DNA of 61,748 nt, counting the filler, from Choristocarpus tenellus KU-1152 (Eukaryota; Protista; Phaeophyceae), in NCBI GenBank assembly GCA_964200185.2. It is 10 parts of 10 records of this genome, joined end to end, with 100 filler letters (N's around TTAATTAATTAA, not from the genome) between each part and the next. Parts side by side here need not be neighbours in the genome. Positions count along the whole stretch, not along the records: positions 51,404 to 54,352 come from CAXNAD020023437.1; positions 54,453 to 58,213 come from CAXNAD020018090.1; positions 58,314 to 61,748 come from CAXNAD020020045.1; 7 more parts are not named here. One strand, 5' to 3'. Positions within the stretch are counted from its first letter, which is position 1. Every line of letters starts with the position of its first letter. The position numbers were made by a program, and so were the translations under genes. Below, one piece after another: positions 52,195-61,748 of the stretch. The notes under the pieces were generated by a model. The model ran no database searches, was not told the DNA's origin, and saw only the letters and a list, made by a program, of their open reading frames with translations.

Positions 52195-52453
52195 GAGCCA
52201 AAGTATCATAGAGGGTAGAGCCGCGTCCATTTGGGGGCCAAAATCCAANNNNNNNNNNTTTTGATGTAATTTTGGCTATCGTGTTTGTTAGGAAGTGTCA
52301 ATATCCATGTTCCGGACGCACCTTTTCATAACGTATACATCTTACCTACTCCTAAACATTTTGAAGTAGGAAAATGTCATAAAAATCCCTGGGAAGCCAA
52401 GTCCCAAATGGACAAACAGGGCTAAATTCGCACCCTCGGAGATACTTCCACTC
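52195..52453 (+). mobile_element. MITE family A copy, inserted just 3' of the copia pol remnant
   Basis: Runs from GAGCCAAAGTATCATAGAGGGTAGAGCC to GATACTTCCACTC and contains a 10-N gap. The flanks CTGA/TGAG are an imperfect TSD. Confidence 0.82.
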
Positions 52454-53715
52454 TGAGGAGTCTCCTAGGATCCATAATTGTAACTTGGCAATTCTCAAGA
52501 GTTGTTTGAGCTAGGGAGGGTGCTCGATTAGTTTCTTCCAACTCTATGAGACAGTTATGTTACCTGTATATGGAGTAAGAGAATAACCATTAGTAAATAA
52601 GTTATCAGAACCTTTTATTAGTGATTAGCTACATGAGAACATTTCTCATATAAAAGGAAGTATTTATGATATTATGGGGTGCTGCATGCCCCATTTAGCT
52701 TTAATCAGTCACTCTACAGACATCAAGCAATCTCCCTGGGTTTATCGCCTTCATTCTTTGGGAAGATTTGGGCGATACTTTAACAGAATCCCTCTAAGGC
52801 AACCATAGGCTTAACCGTTTCTAATCTGGTGGTGCTATGAAGGTATTCTAGGACATAGAAAAAAATTACAAGTCAGTCAAGCTCCTGGCCCACAAACCTG
52901 GTGTCTCAAGCTTAAAACGTATGGCATGCCCTGAGGTTGCTACTTGGAAGCATGAAAAATCGGTGAGAAACAGCCTCAGATGCCGAGGGTGACTGGATGG
53001 AAGCACCTTGGACTCAGGACCTATTAACCACATGACGCCAGATGCAAGTGAGATTTGTAGATGTGGGATCTGCGCGTAAGGTTGGCCTTGAAAGTGGCAA
53101 ACGGGAATTTAACCGCGTGGATTTGGGACACCACAACAACACAGGGTTCTAGTACACAGCATCAAAACCAAATACATTCTGGACCAACCATTCACTCAAC
53201 AAATATTATACAAAATATGGTTGGGATACAGATGAAGGGAAGGTAGGGGTGCCTAACAGTAATGGCAAAGTATCTACATCTCTCTGTGTAACAATGGCAC
53301 CTACTAATATTTAAATGATTGTACTTTTCCCACCAATTGCTTCTACTCTGGATTACGCATAGGTTACTTAGATGGGATTAACAGCAAACGTGGTTGTACT
53401 GCCAAGGAGGCAAACATTGGTAAAGTGTGGCCCAAGCGTCTATAGTGGGGAAAAGAGATAGGTGCCAGTATATCTCTCCTAACCCAATGTTACAAAAGGT
53501 ACCAATATACAACTACCCACCAGTACAACACCACTTCATGACTAAGAAAAACATGTTCAAATACTCTTTAAATTATGTCGGACATTGCTAGTAGGTAGCA
53601 TACATGTTGAGTCAGAATAAAACAGTTGGAAGTTGGTAAACACAGAATTGTTCTTGCATATAAACGGATGGATAGGACTCGAATCTACTGTAAATGAGGG
53701 TTTGGGGTTGCCAAA

Positions 53716-53921
53716 TGAGGTTGAGTAAGTGTTTAGTTCAAGTATTCCCTGACTCATGTATGTACTAGAAAGATGAACAGAGAGAGGTTGCAAAATATTG
53801 TAGAGCAGTAATTTATCTTTTAAGCCGGGAGGTGGACAACATTTTACAACATCGCTCTGTTCATCTTTCCAGTCCATACACTAGTCAGAGGATAATTGAA
53901 CTAAACAATTACTCAGCCTCA
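53716..53921. repeat. Imperfect inverted repeat with 86-bp arms and a 34-bp spacer
   Basis: The reverse complement of 53716-53801 aligns without gaps to 53836-53921, at roughly 80% identity by eye. Confidence 0.8.
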
Positions 53922-55049
53922 CCACACAAATCGTGTTCCCCATTTCCATCTTCACAGGCCACTCTATGGACCTCCTCTATTCTCGAGTTCACACCATCAC
54001 CACATTGGAAGAGTATTTTCACATGCTGAGATGTGGACCTTCCTTGGCTGATATTACCACGTCATGGACTATGTTTTGACATTGACTGGACAAATGAGAG
54101 GTTACCATGCTCCTATCATTTCCATGTGAGATATTTGGTCATCGCAAATACACTACAAACCAGTGCAGCTTTGCACCTCCAAAATATTATTAACCCAATA
54201 AAGTGCAAAGAACTAGATGTCCAAAATACTTTTTTGCCTGACAAGGCAAGTGCAACTGCAGTTTAGAGCTGATTTAGATACCCAATCCAATGGCATCATG
54301 CACTACGTGGACTACTGTGTAGCAGTACAGGGTCAAAGTATCTGTGGGGGGGNNNNNNNNNNNNNNNNNNNNNNNNNNNNNNNNNNNNNNNNNNNNTTAA
54401 TTAATTAANNNNNNNNNNNNNNNNNNNNNNNNNNNNNNNNNNNNNNNNNNNNCCCCTCCAAGATACTTTGGGTCAGAACATACCGTATTGGACAAATTCC
54501 GCAGTGGATGGTCCTCAGAACGTTCATCACATTTCTTAAACAGTCTATTACAACGGTGACTCTCTTCTCCTCTCCTCAGATCGACTGGATTGACTCATTT
54601 AAGAGTTCCCCCTTCCCTCCATTTGAATCGGGAATTCACTCCTACCATCTGTCCAAGTCCAACCTTACCTCGTCCTCTCTGCTATGACTAGCGCTATTTC
54701 ATCCGATCTACCCTGTTGACCCTCTTCGGTAGTAAAGTGAACAGTAGTATAGTAGTATATTGGTAGTATAATATTATTTTACACTATTATCCCCTCTACT
54801 ATCTTGCAGATGTCATACAGGGCTATATACCCACTCTTCATTGAAGACAGAGCCACAAACTTTTCGACCTTTGACATCCAAGATAGTGCTCCTCCCACAA
54901 ACATTACAGCTCACCAGGTCACGGATCTACGATCATCACAATCCCCAGCATAGCTAGCTAGCATCAGCATGTGCACTTAACTCCCATGTAGTATCAAAAC
55001 CGCCAAAAAACAATCCACCACTTAGACACGTATTCAAATATGAAAAAAT

Positions 55050-56640
55050 AAACTCAAAGCAAGCCAATGTACAATGTTGGGACTGCTACTGTACTTGGCA
55101 CCTCACAAACTGCATTAGTAATATCTAGGTGAGTCATAAATACCCCTCTGTGTGAGACGTCATCAACACTTGGATATGATCCTCACTCTTGTCTGAAGTC
55201 CTTGGTGATCATGGGGTAACACCATTTTCTTTGCCCCACCCATACCAAATCTTTGACGAACGTTCTTAATGCACTTGGTCTAACTAGTGCTTACTGCATT
55301 TGAGCCAAATTTAATGAGAGGTACACAGGTACTGACCGCTTCGCAATATGAGCCAGTTTTTCAATCTTTGGCAATTCACCCCTATTTCTACGAATGAAGT
55401 ACTAAGTTTGACCTGAGAACCACGATTTCTTTATTTATGTTTTTCAACACAATATGGAAAATATGCTTTACGAAATTGCAAAAAAAAGAATTTTGTCCAC
55501 ATCTGCTGGCATCCTTAAAGTTCAACACTGGGTACCTCTCGTTACTTTGTCTCTTTGCAATTCTGCCACATGAAAATCTCACAACCCAAATGGTACTCAA
55601 GATCACCATAGTCCTCCATAGAAAACTGCTCCTTAATCCTGGAGTGAATTCAAATAGAAACACCATGTATTCCTGCTGCCATAAGGTCATCAGCGTGGGG
55701 GGCTACTACAGCACAAACAACGCAATCTTTTGCATTGCATAACACACAGGGATCTGCTCTGCAGTGCTCAAAACCACACCGTTCCAAAATGTGCACCAAA
55801 AAATAATTAAACTCCCTGCTGGCCTCTTTTTAGTGCAATGAAGTGCTTTCACTTAAACACGCAATCTTCCCTGGATACAGACCACATCCATCGCACAAAT
55901 GAGCAAATATTTCTTCTCTAAATTTTGCTTGTTTATGAGCTTGCCTCACGTCCTAATGCATGAATCTTCGTCTGCAGCTAGTGCCAAAACCACTCTTAAA
56001 CATAAAGGCACTTGTGTCAGAGCAAAGGTATCACGGTAATCAAAAACACAATATGATGAAAGGTCTGTTGCTACCAAACTTGTCTTTTATCTCACTACCC
56101 CACCAAATTATTACACTTGTGCTTGTGAATCCATTTTGGTGTAAATTTCCCTGAGTCCAGGGAGAAATATATGGCCTCCACCCCACTGTCATTCAAACAA
56201 CAAACCAGACATCTGTACTGCTCTAGGTCTAGGTCTAGGTCTAGGTCTACCCTATAAATCACATTCAGGAGAACTGTGTGGTGCTGCTACAGTCTTGGGT
56301 TCTGCATTGATTCACCCACTAACACTCTAATACATTATCACTAGCACAAATCAAAAGGCTAGCCTCAATGGAAAAACAAACAAAACATACCTGTATCAAA
56401 CAGTGCCAAACTACTGTAAAACAAAACAGCAGTTTGCGCAGGCACCAGGTGCAGTGCTGTAAAATATTCACCTCCAGTGTCCAGTCTATAGCATTCCCTT
56501 CTGATTCTGATTTTAGCATCATTATTGCTGACACCCTCTCCAATTCCTGAACTCTCCCCAATCCAGGACAAACTCTTTTATCACCACCTTGTACCTCCAT
56601 TCCAACACGATATATCAATCTAGCATTTCCCATCAACCAG
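55050..56640 (-). mobile_element. Heavily decayed copia integrase/RT remnant
   Basis: The integrase-like RLDTGGEYF (about 56480) precedes the RT-like ...SVDD (about 55160), which is the copia domain order. Many stops are present. Confidence 0.45.
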
Positions 56641-56699
56641 TATAGGAGATACCATCCTCAACACCCCCCAGGTCTTGGACTGAGAGAAGATATGCCCTC

Positions 56700-57836
56700 T
56701 AGTGCTTGGGAGAATGCGAGGGGGAAGTATATACGGTATATAAGAGTTGACCCCTTCCTCGGCAGGGGAACAACAGTTAGGAGGGTTTCAAGCGCACGGC
56801 ATGTGACGAGTACATATCACCATTCCACTCAAAATAAGTTGAAGACCCTCCCCGTCAGAAATAGTCCCAATTCCTATATGGGAACTTCCTCTACTTTACA
56901 TGACCGTGCTTGATCCCTTTTTGCAACCCCTTCCCTTCTGATGTCCTCCTTGACTGGGTGCCGATGTAGCTGCAGGTGGAAGAAATTGCTTAGCAGGTAC
57001 CACCCCTCGTGGTCATTCTGCTGGTGGTTTGCCTGCCAATTATGAGCAGCATTCTCTCCATCGATGGCCTCGTCTAAGGCAGTGAGCGCATTGATCAGGA
57101 TCAGGATACCTCGGTGACCCACTGTGATTGCCCAAGAGTCGATCCCTTGCTGTGCGCTGTAGGGCCGTCGTCTTTCCATTCCCTTCCTGGTCCGAGTGTA
57201 GGAATGATGACGTCAGATGATGGACCGTTTTAGATCCTCGTAGCTTATATTGGGTCTTTTAATCAGCTGTGTGAAAATGTTGGGCATGGCGTCCTTGATG
57301 ACCAATAGTATCAAAGCGTTCTTCATATTCTCCGATTTCTTCTCTTTTAGTTGCTCGAACTCTGCGAATATCAGTTCAAGTTGGGCTACGAAATTCGTGC
57401 TGACTCTAGTCGAGGAGCACCTTAGCCCCCGTATGCGTGCTTCCAAGGTGAAGATTCGCCCTGGGACCTCGTCCTTTGCGTGGCCTCCGTATATTCTCTC
57501 TAATTCAATCCATGCTCCTCTGCCGTCTGGATCCTCGTCATTTTCGAAACTCCTCACAATTACTGCCGCTGACCCTCTTGTCGCTTGAGCCAGCAGAAAC
57601 CACAAGAGTCTGTTGTTCTTCTCGTAGTTGTTGTGCGCTGTTCGTTCCTGTTCCTTTGGTGTGTCCGTGAGTTCGGGGACCACATATTTACGCCGCAGAA
57701 TGTCGTACAGACCCTTTCCACCAGCATAACCTAGCATAGATAGTCTCCATGTTGTCCACGTCTCCACTGACCATCCTGGTCCTCCAGTCCAGATGGGTAA
57801 ATTCTTCATATCATTCTCCATACCGTTGAGGCTCAT
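56700..57836 (-). mobile_element. Ty1/copia gag with CCHC knuckle, pseudogenised
   Basis: 207-aa ORF (LPIWTG..W..WR..M...LWFLL...GSAAVIVRSFE...DGRGAWIELERIYG). It is followed after a stop and frameshift by CAHCLRRGHRWREC (CX2CX4HX4C) and a degenerate protease-like CTRHM. Confidence 0.8.
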
Positions 57837-57968
57837 TCAAAACCTGGGCAAATTCAGAGTACTTTTTTTGTGAGTACAGTACCTACCCCGATTTTGTTCA
57901 CCCCATGGGCATGCCCGAAAAAAGCGGCACAGAATTGATGTGGTACAATATCGGTTTTGTAGTAATTT

Positions 57969-58213
57969 AATCGTGGTTAGCTGGGAAGTCAATCGTCGAA
58001 GCAACTGATTAATCGTGGCATTCCTGAGAAATCAATCGTGGTGAGCTGGGAAATCAATCGTTGAAGCAACTGATTAATCGTGGCATCCCTGGGAAATCAA
58101 TCGTGGTGAGCTGGGAAATCAATCGTTGAAGTGACTGATTAATCATGGTGAGCTGGGAAATCAATCGTCGAAGCGACTGATTAATCGTGGTGAGCTGGGA
58201 AATCAATCATAAG
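57969..58213. repeat. Higher-order 20/22/23-bp repeat upstream of copia gag
   Basis: All units begin AATC(G/A)T and are arranged A-B-C-A-B-C-A-B-A-B-A. Confidence 0.9.
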
Positions 58214-58559
58214 NNNNNNNNNNNNNNNNNNNNNNNNNNNNNNNNNNNNNNNNNNNNTTAATTAATTAANNNNNNNNNNNNNNNNNNNNNNNNNNNNNNN
58301 NNNNNNNNNNNNNTTTGTCCCCCATCTGTACACAAACTCAAATTGAAACATTTGGAAAAACAAACACAAAAGAAGACAGTCACAGAGGAAAACAATCAGT
58401 TTCGCCAAAATAAGAACCAATGAATCCTTCCAACCTTTCCATCCTTTTGAGCAGGATCCTCTGTTCGAGGACGGAGGAGAAGCTGTCGATACCATCTTCA
58501 CATGCTTGTCCCCTTTTCTTGGGGGTTTTCTGGTCTTCTCCCTTGCCCGAACGGTCAGG

Positions 58560-59030
58560 TGACATTTGTCATAGTCATGTCCTATCCCTCTGCATCTTAG
58601 GATTCATCCATCTTTAACTTGATCTTCCCCCATTCTTGCAGAGACACCTGCGTGTCGTCCCGTGTCCAGGTCAGGGCAGTCACCTCTCGTGTGGCCATCT
58701 CTGCCACACACGAAAAAGACTATGCGCCCCTTCCCGTGACCCTTTGGTTGCCAGTTATAGCTCCATGTTGCTGCCTATGTAAGGAATTGGTACTGTTGGA
58801 GGTTGTTCCACGTCGTCATCTTCGTCACTGTGTGAAGGGCATGATTCTGTGTCCACTGCACAAATGGGACCCCCCAGATAATGTCAGGCCCGCAAAGAGC
58901 TGTCACACAGTCATGAACGCTAAGCATGGCCTGAGCCCTCACAGCAAAGGTGTAAAAGTCTTCACACAGCTTTCCGGCAAACGTGGGGAGTGATGTGATC
59001 TTGGTGGCATTCATTGGCAGATACCATATT
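58560..59030 (-). mobile_element. Copia-like gag remnant with internal deletion
   Basis: SLPTFAGK..EDFYTF...QAML, followed in frame past one stop by the degenerate knuckle FFVCGRDGHTRGDC. Confidence 0.5.
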
Positions 59031-60704
59031 GAAGAAGAACAATGCTCACTATTAGTCTTGTCGCTTCGTACAAACGTCCCAGGAATATTCGGTCCGCCAC
59101 GTAGAGTGTTGAAGTATCTCACACTGGACCCACGGCTTTGGAGCTTTAATGAAGGACAAAGAACAGCTTGATGTAGGTGAGTAAAGTTGATATTACAAGG
59201 GGCCTTGTGGTCTTGGTTCTGCTGACTGAGTATGTGGATGAGACTAGCCTAAACTACCAATTTTACTTCTACAGTGTGGGGTTTGTAATCGTTCACACTA
59301 ATTTACTATGAATCACTTATTTACTTGTCTTAAGTATAGAAAGTGTATGTTGAACATGATATAAAAACCAATCAACACTATGAGTCGTTACATATACTAT
59401 ATCTGTCACTGGCTCTCTACCCTATCACATAATCCACCCGTGGTATGGTGCATCAGCAGCACTATCTACGAACAACACAACCCATCTTCACTTTTATTCA
59501 TTCACAGAACAGGAGCCTCCTCAAACATGGAAGGCGTTACAATAGAGGGGAGACTGACAAAATATTCATCACAGTCGAAAAAAATGCCAGTTCATTTGGA
59601 GATAAAAATATATATAGTCACTTCTGGAGAACGCCTACAATACAAACACCATCATGCAATCTCCTCAGGTAGTACAACTCAGTTGGTATTTACTTCACTT
59701 TCTCCCTCAAGAGTCCACACTTCTTCTCAAGAAACTCTTGCTGCTAGCGATCAACACCAACATTAAAAGAATCTTAGGTTCTCATATTGGCAACCAAGAA
59801 GTAAACTGAGCAGAGCAAATCGGAACAAGCCGTGGAAGTGTGGGGAGAAAATTATGAACAGTCTTCTGCACACAAGGGGAGATATCCCTCAAGGAGGAAG
59901 GAACCAGAGGAAACCAGGGCAAAACTGCTTCACAGTCTTGACATAACGTAGTCCGGAGCCAACCCATGTCAGTTACCTTAGCACACGAGGAGAATCAAAA
60001 GAGTCCATGCCACCTACTCAACTGCTCAAGTCATCATACAAGAATTGAAAAGATTGGCCAAGTGAATCGGAGTCTCAGGGATAGCACTACATTAATACTC
60101 TGAGGCTATACTTACTCTACAATCCCCTCTTTCCTACTTCCTTGGGGTAAGCCTCCCATTTAACACATAAAAACCAAAAGATAAAATTGCCTCCATGAAC
60201 TGCCACTGCTCAATCCACCCAACATTCACCATTCTGTTCTTTTTCAAAAAAGACAGACTTGGGTATCCAAAGCAGGAGGTGATAATTGCAAACAGGTCAT
60301 GGCACGGGGGTAGTCCTGGGAAAGATGGAACCTCTCAAGGATGAGAGTGAAATGAAATGACAGCTGATGGGTTCTCTGTGTGCTCATTTCCAAATAAAAT
60401 GTACCACAGTGTGAACCAAGATCAAGTCTGGTACCCCAAAAAGACCAACAGAACCGTTGATGAACCAGACCAAGGTTCACCCCAACAGAATGAGGACTAA
60501 ACACGTAAGGGTGGATTGGCAAGAATCACATAAGAGATTCTCAGCTTGGGAGGTACTCCACTCCAAAATACTTATCAATAAACTTTACAAGACAAGTAAA
60601 AGCAAACACACTAGGTAGAGTGCTAGTACTTCAGATTACAACAATGTGGAGGTTGAGCATGAACCCTAACAACAGTACTACTCTCTTACACAGGCCTGTC
60701 ATAC

Positions 60705-60830
60705 CTGGTAGTGAAGATTTACATAGTCAAACTTTCCAGTCTTGATGGCAGTGTGAATGTCATTAGCGTTTCCATGCGTGCTGAATCCAACCCAACGAAT
60801 TTTTCCAGCTGCACGATATTCCTCCACAAC
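60705..60830 (-). CDS. Internal exon of an aldo/keto reductase (COG1453-like)
   Basis: A CAG|...|GTATGA-bounded 126-nt exon encodes VVEEYRAAGKIRWVGFSTHGNANDIHTAIKTGKFDYVNLHYQ, containing the GKIR.VGFSTH...FDYVNLH AKR motif. No flanking exons were identified. Confidence 0.75.
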
Positions 60831-61748
60831 CTGCCTCGAAAGGTTACAGGAACAAATTTGTGTGTGTGGCGAGGGGGGGGAGGGGAGGGGGGGGAGGAGA
60901 GGGGGGCGTAAGAAAGCTTGAAAGGTTAGTAGAAAGACATCAATGTGCCACTTTCACATAGACTCACAATGTGCTAACCTGCCATGCCAAAGAAGACATT
61001 TCACCTGACATTGCAGCATCTCAATGCTTCTATGAAATAATGTAATTTTTGTTGAACACACCTCTTTTCACTCCAAATTATCAACTCCAATGATAATAAT
61101 TGCAATGCATCAAATCTAATACTCATTCAATTATGGGGATGCGGACTATTGGTTTGTTACTATTCACTGCCAAGAGCTGGATAATCTCCAAACCTTACAA
61201 ACCACTACACAAGCTCTGTCTTGTTATCTACTTCCACTAACATCTAACAGGCCGGAGCACCCAGAGCCTTGTCTACACAATAGACACAATCAAAGCAAAT
61301 TCTACCTATTGCACCTTATGGCACTATTGTTGACACTGAACAAAAAATATATAATTTTAAATTCAGGATTAAGACCATGCAAGTAGAAGAGTCATGCTTT
61401 CCACATTCAGAACCATGGAAGGTCAACACAGGCACCTTTACCTAAAATTGAAGCAGACAAAACATATGCCTAAATTGTACAAACCCTTTGAGAAACCTCA
61501 CCCACCCCAGGAACACAACAGGCAAGGGATAATAGGTTTCACCTGTGGGTGGGGGGAGAAAGCACAAGATACCACCACCACGGAAGACAACACAAGATAT
61601 TTTTCACATGCATGAATAGCACAGAGTACAGATTATGTGCTATAACTACACTACAGCTAATGGTCAGGGTAGGGGCTACGCTACTCTCCCACCTCCCTTA
61701 TACTTAAAAAATCATTAACACTCGTGTTGTCATCGCTCTCTACCACCT

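Noticed and set aside
57969-58213. CRISPR-like repeat-spacer appearance
   Set aside because: The constant part is only about 6 nt, the 'spacers' recur, there are no cas genes, and the context is a eukaryotic retroelement.
58385-58425. FIGSY peptide as the next AKR exon
   Set aside because: There is no AG acceptor in the required phase 0, and no downstream AKR motif follows.

Overview
AT-rich eukaryotic nuclear DNA with GT-AG introns and many short TTAGGG tracts. The lineage is probably a stramenopile alga such as a brown alga; this is inference only. The window is not one locus: nine identical 100-nt linkers (N44-TTAATTAATTAA-N44) join ten contigs, so gene order across linkers means nothing. 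I hand-spliced six host genes: a partial coronin (+), the N-terminal part of APC6/CDC16 (-), a complete but divergent TATA-binding protein (+), a BTB/POZ KCTD-like protein (-), a small LYR-motif protein (+) and one exon of a COG1453-like aldo/keto reductase (-). The rest is intron and intergenic DNA rich in micro- and minisatellites and decayed retroelements (CRE-like LINE, Ty1/copia, Ty3/gypsy). It also holds about 15 copies or ends of a MITE system with the terminal core CAAAGTATCT and 4-bp target-site duplications (Sola-like). The three most notable observations are a TBP with a remodelled DNA-binding surface, a TTAGGG tract inserted into a retrotransposon reading frame, and the Sola-like MITE families with a possible long parent element. 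Most entries in the ORF track are spurious.
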